A model generated the notes under the pieces. That model did no database searches, was not told the DNA's origin, and saw only the letters and a list, made by a program, of their open reading frames with translations. A DNA stretch of 64,000 bases from Paracoccaceae bacterium (GTDB taxonomy: Bacteria; Pseudomonadota; Alphaproteobacteria; Rhodobacterales; Rhodobacteraceae), in assembly GCA_048262715.1 (NCBI GenBank), contig JBLXEV010000002.1, positions 333,829 through 397,828 of the forward strand, read 5' to 3'. Made by a program: the position numbers and the translations under genes. Of this stretch, positions 1 through 8,734 are shown in pieces (the first letter of the stretch is position 1; the number at the start of each line of letters is the position of its first letter).

Positions 1-99
1 AATATAGCAAAACGGGCAGACCGGATCTGAGAAAATATCGAGGGAAATCATATCTGTCCTTTCAAAGCTGCCGCTTGAGGGCACGCGGTCGGGCTTGTC

Positions 100-1761
100 C
101 TATGTGTCATGTCGCGGAAGCGTCTGAGGGGCGTCCCCATGATCAGCCTCGGTCGTCGTGGTGTGCAGTGCAGTCGCAAGCGCGCGGGCCAAGGCGCGGC
201 GATCCAGCTTGCCATTGGCATTGCGGGGCAGGGTGTCTTGCCGCAGATAGGCGCGGGGCTGCTTGTAGCGGGCAAGATCGCGCGCGGCCAAGGCCTCAAA
301 TGCCGCGATCTCCGCCGCGCCAGTATAGGCCAGCGCGATCACGCTCACCTCCGGCTTGACCTCCAAGACCAAGGCCGCGACATCGCCTGCCTCCGGCAGA
401 GCGCCCAGCACCGCCTCCACCTCCAAAGGCGAGACGCGGAACCCGCCCGCATTCATCAAATCATCGGCGCGGCCCAGATAGCGCACAGCGCCGGTCTCGG
501 CGCCCGTCTCGGCCTCGCGCGCGATCATATCACCGGTGCAGAACCAATCGCCGTCATACCGCGCGGCGCTCTCGTCGGGTGCGCCATAATAGCCCAGAAA
601 CATCCCCTGATCCGCGCGGTGGATCACCAGCTCGCCCGTGATCGGAACGCCCGAGATCGGATCGCCGGTGATCGGAGTGGCTGTGGCCTCCAGCGGGGTA
701 ATCTCACCGCTCTCGGATCTGATCCCCAGCTTGCGGCCCTCTTGCGGCCAACCAATCGTGCCTGTCGGGGCGGGCCGAGCGGGCGCACCGGAGAGGAAGG
801 TGGAGCATTCCGACATGCCGAGCGCCTGATGCACCAATGTGCCGCTGGCCTCTTGCCATGCGGCGCTCAGGCTGGGCGACATCGCCTCGCCCGCCGAAAG
901 CCCGTGGCGCAGCTTGGGCGCGTCGATCTTCGCGTGATGCTTGAGGATCTGGCGGTACACCCCTGGTGCAGCGGCAAAGATCGTCGCGTCAAACCGCTTG
1001 AGCAGCAAGGGGATCATCCGGGGTTCGACGCTGGGATGCGGGATCAGCGCGGTGGCGCCGATGCTCCAAGGATCGAGAAGTCCTGTGCCGAGCGTATAGG
1101 TCCAGTTGAACGCGCCCGCGTGTAAGATCCTGTCGCTCTCGCGCAGACCATACCAGCCCTCTACCATCATCCGCCGCGCCCAGATCGCGCGATGCGCATG
1201 CATCACCGCGCGCGGCTGGCCGGAGGTGCCCGACGTATAAACCATATAGGCCAAGCGCTCGGGGTCGCCCATGGCATACGCCGCGGGCGGCAGATCCGCC
1301 ATAGCGCGCAGATCTGTTAAATTGAGGCTTGGCAGATCCCCTTGCGGCAGCGCGATCCCATCCCCCGCGATCACCAGATCGGGGCGCAGGCCCGCGGCCA
1401 TTTTGGAAATTTCCGCCTCTGTGAGCTGCGCGGAGGTCGGCACGGGGACATAGCCCGCCGCAATTGCACCGAGGAAGGCCACGGGAAATTCCGGCCCATT
1501 GCCCAAACGCAGCAGGATCTTCGCGCCGGACGGCAGGCCGAGCTGCATAAGGCCTGTGGCGGTTCCGCGCACCGCCGCCTCCAGCCGCCCGAAAGACCAG
1601 CGCTCCGCGCCCGAGGGCCGGACGATTTGCAGCGCCATTTTTTCCGGCGTCCGGGCTGCGGATGCCAGAACATAGGCCGCGAGATTGAACGGCTGCGGGC
1701 AGGGGGAGACATGAGGCGCAACGGGGGGCACGGGGCCAGACCCAGAGTGGACAGTGTGCAT
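100..1761 (-). CDS. AMP-dependent synthetase/ligase (acyl- or aryl-CoA ligase, ANL superfamily)
   Basis: 553-aa ORF with the AMP-binding signature YTSGTSGQPRAV and downstream TGD motifs typical of ANL enzymes. AGGAG lies just upstream of the ATG at 1761, with short spacing, so the exact start is uncertain. Confidence 0.85.
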   Translation of the reverse strand: MHTVHSGSGPVPPVAPHVSPCPQPFNLAAYVLASAARTPEKMALQIVRPSGAERWSFGRLEAAVRGTATGLMQLGLPSGAKILLRLGNGPEFPVAFLGAIAAGYVPVPTSAQLTEAEISKMAAGLRPDLVIAGDGIALPQGDLPSLNLTDLRAMADLPPAAYAMGDPERLAYMVYTSGTSGQPRAVMHAHRAIWARRMMVEGWYGLRESDRILHAGAFNWTYTLGTGLLDPWSIGATALIPHPSVEPRMIPLLLKRFDATIFAAAPGVYRQILKHHAKIDAPKLRHGLSAGEAMSPSLSAAWQEASGTLVHQALGMSECSTFLSGAPARPAPTGTIGWPQEGRKLGIRSESGEITPLEATATPITGDPISGVPITGELVIHRADQGMFLGYYGAPDESAARYDGDWFCTGDMIAREAETGAETGAVRYLGRADDLMNAGGFRVSPLEVEAVLGALPEAGDVAALVLEVKPEVSVIALAYTGAAEIAAFEALAARDLARYKQPRAYLRQDTLPRNANGKLDRRALARALATALHTTTTEADHGDAPQTLPRHDT

Positions 1762-1833
1762 AGCTCCTGCTACCGCTGTGCGGATGAGCTTTCAAGCCTC
1801 CTGCGCGCAGGGGGCGTTGTGCACCCATGCAGG

Positions 1834-2469
1834 ATGAGCCGAGAGATGCCCGAGAGTAACCAGCCGAAAATCCTGCGGATCGCACGCGAGGGGACGCCCG
1901 ACCACCTGCCCGAACCTGTCGATCTGGCGGCCCGCGTCCGCGAGTTGCGCAAGGCACGCGGCTGGACGCTGGAACAGGCCGCAGGGCAGGCGGGCCTCGC
2001 GCGCTCCACGCTGTCCAAAATCGAAAACGGGCAGATGTCGCCGACGTTTGATGCGCTCAAAAAGCTGGCCGAAGGCTTGGGGATTTCGGTGCCGCAGCTA
2101 TTCACCCCGCCCTCACGCGGGCAGGTCACGGGCCGGATGGTGGTGACGAAATCCGGCGAGGGCGCGACACAGATCACCACGACCTACGAGCACGAACTCC
2201 TCGCGGGGCCGCTGACGCGCAAAAAGATGCTGCCCTACCGCGCCCGCATCCGCGCCCGCAGCTTTGAGGAATTCGGCGGATGGGTGCGCCATGACGGGGA
2301 AGAGTTTCTCTATGTGCTCACTGGCACCGTGCGACTCTTCACCGAATTCTATGAGCCGATGGACCTTAAACGCGGCGACAGCGCCTATTACGATGCGAGC
2401 CAAGGCCATAACCTGATCTCCACCTCGCAAGAAGACGCGACAGTGCTATGGGTCACGTCCCTCGAATAG
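1834..2469 (+). CDS. XRE-family HTH transcriptional regulator with C-terminal cupin domain
   Basis: The in-frame ATG at 1834 gives MSREMPESNQ... The HTH reads LRKARGWTLEQAAGQAGLARSTLSKIENGQ and the C-terminal half is cupin-like. It is divergent from the ligase gene. The upstream part of ORF 1342..2469 overlaps the ligase and looks non-coding. Confidence 0.85.
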   Translation: MSREMPESNQPKILRIAREGTPDHLPEPVDLAARVRELRKARGWTLEQAAGQAGLARSTLSKIENGQMSPTFDALKKLAEGLGISVPQLFTPPSRGQVTGRMVVTKSGEGATQITTTYEHELLAGPLTRKKMLPYRARIRARSFEEFGGWVRHDGEEFLYVLTGTVRLFTEFYEPMDLKRGDSAYYDASQGHNLISTSQEDATVLWVTSLE

Positions 2470-2571
2470 CATCTGGGCTTTGCTGCGGCCTTAAAATACG
2501 GCGCTCTGCGCGGCAACGCCAGCCTGGGGGCTTTGCGCCCCCAACGGGTTTTGGCGCTGCCAAAACCCTCC

Positions 2572-2670
2572 CCCCGCAGGATATTTTTAGCAACCAGAAA
2601 TAGGGCGCACCGCGTATCGGGCGGCAAGCCGCACGCGTCTTGATTCTGGTTGCCCTAAATATCCCGGGGG
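2572..2670. repeat. Palindromic intergenic repeat, family 1, copy A (arms CCCCGCAGGATATTTTTAGCAACCAGAA / TTCTGGTTGCCCTAAATATCCCGGGGG)
   Basis: Inverted arms at 2572-2599 and 2644-2670. A near-identical element sits at 59332-59402. It is flanked by GC hairpins (GGGGGC..GCCCCC) and lies between convergent genes. Confidence 0.8.
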
Positions 2671-2721
2671 TGAATGCGAAGCAGAGGGGGCAGCGCCCCC
2701 TGCACCGATTGCCAATGCGCG

Positions 2722-3039
2722 CTAGCTATCATCCCCAAAGCTGGCATCGTCGTCGAATTCGTCGCCATCTTCGGAGACATATTTCTTCGAGAGCTTGATC
2801 GAGTGATTGTCGTGGCGCGGATCCATCACGACGTCTGAGGGCAATTCGCCCATCAGCCATTCGCGAATATCATCGCGCGCCTCTAGCAGCTCTTGATCCG
2901 AGAGTTTGGCGACATAAGCGATAAACTGGCGCTGATCGCCATCAATATCTTCCAGCTCGGCCTCATCCGCCTCGGGCCAGCGCTCAATGATCGCATCAAA
3001 AAATGCGGGCCAGTTTTCTTCGACATGATGCCATTTCAT
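2722..3039 (-). CDS. Hypothetical small acidic protein (105 aa)
   Basis: ORF 2722..3081. The ATG at 3039 (MKWHHVEENWP...) is preceded by GGAGGAG at good spacing. The C-terminal tail is very acidic (DGDEFDDDASFGDDS). I recognise no family. Confidence 0.6.
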   Translation of the reverse strand: MKWHHVEENWPAFFDAIIERWPEADEAELEDIDGDQRQFIAYVAKLSDQELLEARDDIREWLMGELPSDVVMDPRHDNHSIKLSKKYVSEDGDEFDDDASFGDDS

Positions 3040-3153
3040 CAGATGTCTCCTCCGTGCACTCAAGAATGCCTGATACGCCATTGTATCAAGACTGCGCCTA
3101 AAGCGGCGCTAAGAAAAGGGAAATTTACGGCCTCGCATACGCGATGCGCGGGA

Positions 3154-3264
3154 TCAGAACCAGTTCTGAACCGTGCGCGCGCCGCCTGTGACATCTTCAC
3201 CGACGCCTGCAACGGTGTTGCAGCCTGCCAAGGCGAGGGCCATCACGAAAACGAGTTTCTTCAT
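3154..3264 (-). CDS. Entericidin A/B-family small lipoprotein (36 aa)
   Basis: Not in the ORF track because it is too short. The reverse strand reads ATG AAG AAA CTC ... TGA = MKKLVFVMALALAGCNTVAGVGEDVTGGARTVQNWF. It has a lipobox LAGC followed by NT.aG.GeD, as I recall for entericidin-family members. Confidence 0.7.
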   Translation of the reverse strand: MKKLVFVMALALAGCNTVAGVGEDVTGGARTVQNWF

Positions 3265-3338
3265 CTCACTGCCTCATCTTTTTTGCGTTCTTAACGATGC
3301 ATTATTTTAGGGTTTTGCTCGAAGATTAGTTTACGAGT

Positions 3339-5216
3339 TTAGTTCACGGGGTCTTTCCACCAAACCTCCGGTTGGAAGCCTGGCCAGTCCCCGTATAGCG
3401 GAACGCGCTCGGGGAAGTGAAGTTCCGCCTTGTAAGCAAGTTGTGAAGATTTCGCATACCAATTGGGGATGACATAGCGCCCTGCGGTCAAGATCCGGTC
3501 CAGCGCTTTGACGGAGGCGGTGAATTCTTCTGCCGATTGCGTCTCCAGCATATGCGCGATCATCGCCTCGGCGGCGGGAGAGTTCATCCCCATCCAGTTG
3601 CGCGATCCGGGCGTGTTGATCCCTGCGGCCCCCCAATACAGCAATTGCTCATTGCCCGGCGAGAGCGACAGCGCGCGTTTGAACCACGCCATGCCGAATT
3701 CGAACCTATTGGTGCGCTCGCGGTATTGTGCGGCATCCACCGTTGTCAGCCTAGGCCGGATCCCGAGGCGCTTGAGCCCCTCAACAAAGATATCAACGGC
3801 GGGGGCGATCTCGGTATCGCCTTGTTGCAACAAGATTTCGAAGGCGAATTCCTTGCCCTGCGCATCCCGCAACACCCCCGCATCATCCGCGCGCCAGCCC
3901 GCCTCATTGAGGAGCTTCAAAGCGCGGCGCGCATTCTTGCGGTTTTGCTCCGATCCGTCAGATACGGGCAGGCTGTAGCCTTCCAGCGTTCCGGGGATCA
4001 GGCTGTCCTTGAACGGGGCCAGCAGCTCGGCCACGCGGCCCTCGGCGGGGCCATGGCCTGCGGCGAGGGTGGAGTTATCGAAATAGGATTGGATGCGCGG
4101 ATCGGCATCCGAATTCAGCGTTTTGCTGATCAGCTCGAAATTATACGCCAAGGTCAGCGCCTCTCGAACCCGCCAATCGGCAAAGACCGGAAGGCGGGTG
4201 TTGAACACCAAGCCGAGCATCCCCGAGGGCCGTTGATGCGGGATTTCCGAGCGGATCACACGACCATCGCGGGCGGCAGGGAAGGTGTAGCCGTTGTTCC
4301 ACCGCGCGGCATTGATCTCACGCCATGTATCAAGCTCGCCCGCTTTGAAGGCCTCGAACGCGATATTCTGATCGCTGACATAAACATGGGTGATCTTATC
4401 GAGATTGTAGAGCCCCTGCGTGATCGGCAGATCTTTTGCCCACCAATCGGGATCGCGCAGATAGCTGATCTTCCGCCCCGGCACGGCCTCACCAATCACG
4501 TAAGGCCCTGATCCGATCGGCTTTTCCATCGCGGAAAGCGCAAAATCCTTGCCCTCATACTGCGCTTTTTTCAGAACCGGCCGCAGCCCCAGCAACAGCA
4601 CCAATTCGCGCGAGGGTTCCTTGAAGGTGAAGCGCACCTTATTGGGGGCGGTGATCTCGGCCTTGGCGATCTTATCCCATGTATTGGTGTAGCGCGGATG
4701 GCCCAGCGTGCCCAATGTCTCGAACGACCAGAGCACATCCTCCGCCGTCACGGGCGAGCCGTCGGAGAAGCGCGCCTGCGGGCGCAGGGTGAATTCCGCA
4801 TAGCTGCGCTCGGCGTCTGTCTCCACCCCTTCGGCCAGCATTCCGTAGAGCGAGAACGGCTCATCCAGAGAGCGGATCATCAGGGTTTGCGCGACAAAGA
4901 GCGAAATCCCTTCGGGGGCGCGGCCTGCAAGGATCCACGGGTTGAGGGAATCGAACCCCTCCTGCGCGTTGATGCGGATTTCGCCGCCCTTTGGCGCATC
5001 CTTGCGTGCATAGGGCAGGGAGTCCCCCTCTTTGAGGGCGGGCTCGCCATACATTGCAATGCCATGCGACGGGGCTTGGGGCGCGGGGGATGCCGTTACG
5101 GGGGCGATTCCCTCCTGCGCCTGCGCAAAACTGGCAATCGGGGAGAAGCCCAGCGCGAAAACCGGAAGGGAAAGCGCCGCTGCGCGTAGATATTTGTGGA
5201 AAAACTCCGGTGCCAT
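3339..5216 (-). CDS. ABC transporter substrate-binding protein, family 5 (peptide/YejA-like)
   Basis: 625 aa with an N-terminal signal peptide (LSLPVFALGFSPIASFAQA). Length and sequence are typical of YejA-type SBP_bac_5 proteins. No permease or ATPase genes are adjacent. Confidence 0.85.
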   Translation of the reverse strand: MAPEFFHKYLRAAALSLPVFALGFSPIASFAQAQEGIAPVTASPAPQAPSHGIAMYGEPALKEGDSLPYARKDAPKGGEIRINAQEGFDSLNPWILAGRAPEGISLFVAQTLMIRSLDEPFSLYGMLAEGVETDAERSYAEFTLRPQARFSDGSPVTAEDVLWSFETLGTLGHPRYTNTWDKIAKAEITAPNKVRFTFKEPSRELVLLLGLRPVLKKAQYEGKDFALSAMEKPIGSGPYVIGEAVPGRKISYLRDPDWWAKDLPITQGLYNLDKITHVYVSDQNIAFEAFKAGELDTWREINAARWNNGYTFPAARDGRVIRSEIPHQRPSGMLGLVFNTRLPVFADWRVREALTLAYNFELISKTLNSDADPRIQSYFDNSTLAAGHGPAEGRVAELLAPFKDSLIPGTLEGYSLPVSDGSEQNRKNARRALKLLNEAGWRADDAGVLRDAQGKEFAFEILLQQGDTEIAPAVDIFVEGLKRLGIRPRLTTVDAAQYRERTNRFEFGMAWFKRALSLSPGNEQLLYWGAAGINTPGSRNWMGMNSPAAEAMIAHMLETQSAEEFTASVKALDRILTAGRYVIPNWYAKSSQLAYKAELHFPERVPLYGDWPGFQPEVWWKDPVN

Positions 5217-5377
5217 TGGCGCAACAATCCCTAGGTTTATCTGTGTTTTCAGCGGTGAAGCTAACGAAGCTCATGCGGAAGCGCAAACTTTTAGCTTGGA
5301 ACCGACGCTGGATAGGATTATAAAGACCTCACTGCTCGATAGGTTTCTTGCCTGTATGAAACCTGCCTCATGACTCA

Positions 5378-5405
5378 ACGCCCGCTTCGTGCGGGCGTTT
5401 TTTTT
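5378..5405 (+). terminator. Rho-independent terminator with no upstream same-strand gene (ACGCCCGC-TTCGT-GCGGGCGT + T8)
   Basis: 8-bp GC stem followed by TTTTTTTT on the + strand. The nearest left gene is on the opposite strand and starts at 5216. Confidence 0.7.
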
Positions 5406-5846
5406 GGCCCATTTTGGTCGTATTTCCGCAAAACGCGCTGTTTTTCTGGGCTCAAAGCCCGTTCTCGTCGCATCTGCGCCCCTGTATCCAATCGCGGAAA
5501 GCATAGCGATAGGGCGATTCTCTTTAGGAGAATCGGTCACTTATGCCGAACTGCAGCGCCAAACTCCCGACGCCGAACCGATGATTTTCCCCGACGTGAT
5601 TGGCCGTCTTGAGGGTGCTTTTGGCGCAGCTGGACTCCGCAGGCCAGAGGAAAAACTTCACGTTTCCTTGCGCGATGCTGCAATGCGGAACAAATCGGCA
5701 AGAACCGGCTTATATGAGTCCAAGGCACCGGCAAAACGGCACGCCCCGATCACCCTTCCGCCCACAAGATCTCCCGAGACCTTCGCACGGCTGGCATTTC
5801 GGGCAGGTTCGGATAGGCTGGGCAAAATTTGGGTATGGAGGCTATG

Positions 5847-6641
5847 ATGACACGCAAAACGACAGACGCACCGCTGCACGGCAAAACCGCCGTGATTACC
5901 GGATCGAATTCGGGGATCGGGCTGGGCGTCGCGCATGAGTTGGCCAAGGCTGGCGCAGATATCGTGTTGAATTCGTTCACAGATAATGAAGAAGATCACA
6001 AACTCGCCGCGGATATGGCCGCAGAGCACGGCGTCAAGGTGCGCTATATCAAGGCCGATATGTCGAAAGGCGAGGAGTGCCGCGCGCTCATTGAGCAGGC
6101 CGGCGGGTGCGATATCCTTGTGAACAATGCGGGGATCCAATTCGTGGCAGCGATCGACGAATACCCGACCGCGAAATGGGATCAGATCATCGCGATCAAC
6201 CTGTCCTCCACTTTCCACACCACCGCCGCTGCACTGCCGCATATGCGGAAGCGCGGCTGGGGCCGGATCGTGAATATCGCGTCGGCGCATGGGCTGACGG
6301 CCTCGCCGTTCAAATCCGCCTATGTTGCGGCGAAACACGGGGTTGTCGGCTTTAGCAAAGTGACCGCATTGGAGACCGCGCAAGAGCCGATCACCTGCAA
6401 TGCGATCTGCCCGGGCTATGTGCTGACACCGCTCGTCGAGGCGCAGATCCCCGATACGATGAAGAAATACAACATGGACCGCGAAACCGTGATCCGCGAT
6501 GTGATGCTGGAGCGGCAACCGTCGAAAGAGTTCGCCACCGTGGAAGAGATCGGCGGCACGGCCGTGTTCCTGTGTTCGGAGGCTGCGAAACAGATCACGG
6601 GGACGACGATTTCCGTCGATGGCGGCTGGACCGCGCTGTGA
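5847..6641 (+). CDS. bdhA: 3-hydroxybutyrate dehydrogenase (short-chain dehydrogenase/reductase)
   Basis: Has GKTAVITGSNSGIGLGVA (TGxxxGIG), NNAG and YxxxK motifs, and the sequence resembles BdhA end to end. GGAGG lies 5 nt before the ATG at 5847. ATGs at 5844 and 5835 are alternative starts. Confidence 0.85.
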   Translation: MTRKTTDAPLHGKTAVITGSNSGIGLGVAHELAKAGADIVLNSFTDNEEDHKLAADMAAEHGVKVRYIKADMSKGEECRALIEQAGGCDILVNNAGIQFVAAIDEYPTAKWDQIIAINLSSTFHTTAAALPHMRKRGWGRIVNIASAHGLTASPFKSAYVAAKHGVVGFSKVTALETAQEPITCNAICPGYVLTPLVEAQIPDTMKKYNMDRETVIRDVMLERQPSKEFATVEEIGGTAVFLCSEAAKQITGTTISVDGGWTAL

Positions 6642-6763
6642 TCTGACAGCCCTAGATCTAAGACCTTTGATCTAAGACTAGGGGGGAGAGGGCGCGCGTC
6701 CTCTCTCCCGTCCCCCGTCTAAACACGCCGCGCGCGCAAGCCGCAGCTCAGGAAGGACCTTCG

Positions 6764-7831
6764 ATGGACAGCAAAGAGATCAACCTTGCGCTGCAAGGCG
6801 GCGGTGCGCATGGCGCCTATACTTGGGGGGTTCTGGATCGGCTTCTTGATGAGGACTGGATTGATATTAAAGCGATTTCCGGCACCTCGGCAGGGGCGCT
6901 GAACGGCGCGGCCCTCAAAGCGGGGTTGGCGGGCGGCAAACCCGCAAACGGGCGGCGCAGATCCAACAAGCGCCATAACGCACAGCATATTCTGAGCGAC
7001 CTCTGGGCCTCGATCCCCGCGCAGACGGATCGACGGCTAACCAATTGGATGGGCGCGCTATTTCCGGTGCCCGAAGGGATGAGCCGGATTTTCGAGGCGT
7101 TTTCGACCTCCGCATGGCTCGATCAGATGAGCCGCGTCTATTCGCCCTATGACAGCGGCGTGTTCTATTCCAACCCGCTCGCGCCGATGCTGGAGCAATT
7201 TGATTTCGACGCGATTGGCAGCACGGAAGGGCCGGAGCTGTTCGTCGCCGCCACCAATGTGCGCACGGGCAAGATCCGCGTATTTGAGGGGGCAGAGGTT
7301 ACACCGCAAGCGATCCTCGCCTCCGCCTGCCTGCCGACGGTGTTTCAAGCCGTCGAGATCGACGATCCGGTGAGCGGCGTCACCGAGGCCTATTGGGATG
7401 GTGGGTTTACCGGAAACCCGCCGCTGTTCCCGCTCTACGAGCCGCGCCTGCCCAGTGATGTGCTGATCGTGCATATCAACCCGCTGCGGCATGAGAGCGT
7501 GCCTAAAACCCCTGTTGAGATCGAGAACAGGGTCAACCAGATCTCCTTCAACTCCTCCTTGCTGCGCGAACTCAGGGCGATTGATTTCGTCCACCGCTTG
7601 ATCGCGGAAGGCAGGATGCCAGCGGGCGCAATGAAGGATGTGCGGGTGCACCTTTTGGGCGATGACAAGGTGATGAACGGGCTCGGGACGGAGACCAAAA
7701 TCCTGCCCGATGAGGATGTGATGGAGCGGCTGAAAGCGGCTGGGCAAGCCTCGGCGGAGGCGTTTTTGAGCGCCCATGCCGATGATCTCGGGCATCGCTC
7801 CACCGTCGATCTGCGCGAGATGTTTTCTTGA
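6764..7831 (+). CDS. Patatin-like phospholipase family protein
   Basis: Has the GGGAHGAY oxyanion motif and the GTSAGA (GxSxG) nucleophile. A DGG is present later in the sequence. A GGAAGGA RBS precedes the ATG. Confidence 0.85.
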   Translation: MDSKEINLALQGGGAHGAYTWGVLDRLLDEDWIDIKAISGTSAGALNGAALKAGLAGGKPANGRRRSNKRHNAQHILSDLWASIPAQTDRRLTNWMGALFPVPEGMSRIFEAFSTSAWLDQMSRVYSPYDSGVFYSNPLAPMLEQFDFDAIGSTEGPELFVAATNVRTGKIRVFEGAEVTPQAILASACLPTVFQAVEIDDPVSGVTEAYWDGGFTGNPPLFPLYEPRLPSDVLIVHINPLRHESVPKTPVEIENRVNQISFNSSLLRELRAIDFVHRLIAEGRMPAGAMKDVRVHLLGDDKVMNGLGTETKILPDEDVMERLKAAGQASAEAFLSAHADDLGHRSTVDLREMFS

Positions 7832-7834
7832 AGA

Positions 7835-8557
7835 TCAGGCCTTTACGGCCTGTTCCTTCTGCTTCACCTGTGCCGCAACCTTCGCCAGAGCGGCAGGTGT
7901 TTTCTGCCCCGGATAGACAAGACCCGCCGAGATGATCAGCTTGGCGGCATCCTCGACACTCATATCGAGATAGGTCAGCTCGGAATTCGGCACCAAGAGC
8001 AAAAAGCCGGAGGTCGGGTTCGGGGTTGTTGGCAAAAAGACGGAGATCAGCGGATCGCCTTCCTCGGAGAATCCGGCGATCTCGCCTTTCGCCGGGGTCG
8101 AGACAAAGCCAATCGCCTTAATCCCCTTGCGCGGATATTCCAAAATACAAGCACGGTCGAATTTCGCCTCATCCGAGGTCGATAGCACCGTCTCCGCGAT
8201 CTGTTTCAGCCCGTTATAGATCGAGCGCACAACCGGCATCCGGTCCACGACCCGCTCGCCCCAGCGCAGCAAAGACCGGCCGATCAAACCCTTCGCGCCC
8301 CAGCCGATGATGACGGTGAAAATCAGGAAGAAAATGACCCCCACGCCGCGCAGGTTGATGCCGATATATTGCTCGGGTTGCCAGCGCGCAGGCACCATCG
8401 GCAGCACCCAGCTATCGACCCAGCCCGCGACCGTCCACATCAGCCAAACGGTGAGGCCGATCGGTGCGATCACCACCAGCCCAGTCAGGAACGAGCCCCG
8501 CAATTTGGCAAACAGGCCGCGTTTCTTCGGCGGCTGGATCGTATCGTGTTCGGTCAT
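7835..8557 (-). CDS. DUF502-family membrane protein
   Basis: 240 aa with N-terminal LFAKLRGSFLTGLVVIAPIGLTVWL plus a second TM segment, the typical DUF502 layout. Confidence 0.8.
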   Translation of the reverse strand: MTEHDTIQPPKKRGLFAKLRGSFLTGLVVIAPIGLTVWLMWTVAGWVDSWVLPMVPARWQPEQYIGINLRGVGVIFFLIFTVIIGWGAKGLIGRSLLRWGERVVDRMPVVRSIYNGLKQIAETVLSTSDEAKFDRACILEYPRKGIKAIGFVSTPAKGEIAGFSEEGDPLISVFLPTTPNPTSGFLLLVPNSELTYLDMSVEDAAKLIISAGLVYPGQKTPAALAKVAAQVKQKEQAVKA

Positions 8558-8734
8558 CTGGTGTTCAAGCTCCCTGTTAATCGGAACCTAGGCGCGCGGT
8601 AGGGCTGCTGCAATGACCAAGCAGGGATTGCGACGCCTATTTTCGAGTTTAGGCCGCAAAGACACCCGTTTGCGCGCGTTTTGGGCGCGGATCGGGGCGG
8701 GGTGCGTGAATGCACCTCACCCCGTCCTTTTCGA

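Noticed and set aside
109-1125. 338-aa + strand ORF overlapping the acyl-CoA ligase gene
   Set aside because: It is antisense to a gene with clear family motifs. The translation is Arg/Gly/Ala/His-rich, typical of shadow ORFs in high-GC DNA, and shows no recognisable motifs.
2470-2721. Possibility that the palindromic repeats represent a CRISPR array
   Set aside because: The copies are single, dispersed over 57 kb and internally palindromic. There are no regularly spaced direct repeats with unique spacers and no cas genes in the window.
5389-5847. 152-aa + strand ORF filling the gap upstream of bdhA
   Set aside because: Third-codon-position GC is only about 55% by eye, against clearly higher values in the neighbouring genes. 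It contains rare AGA, AGG and TTA codons, starts inside a terminator T-tract and has no recognisable motif. I treated it as non-coding.
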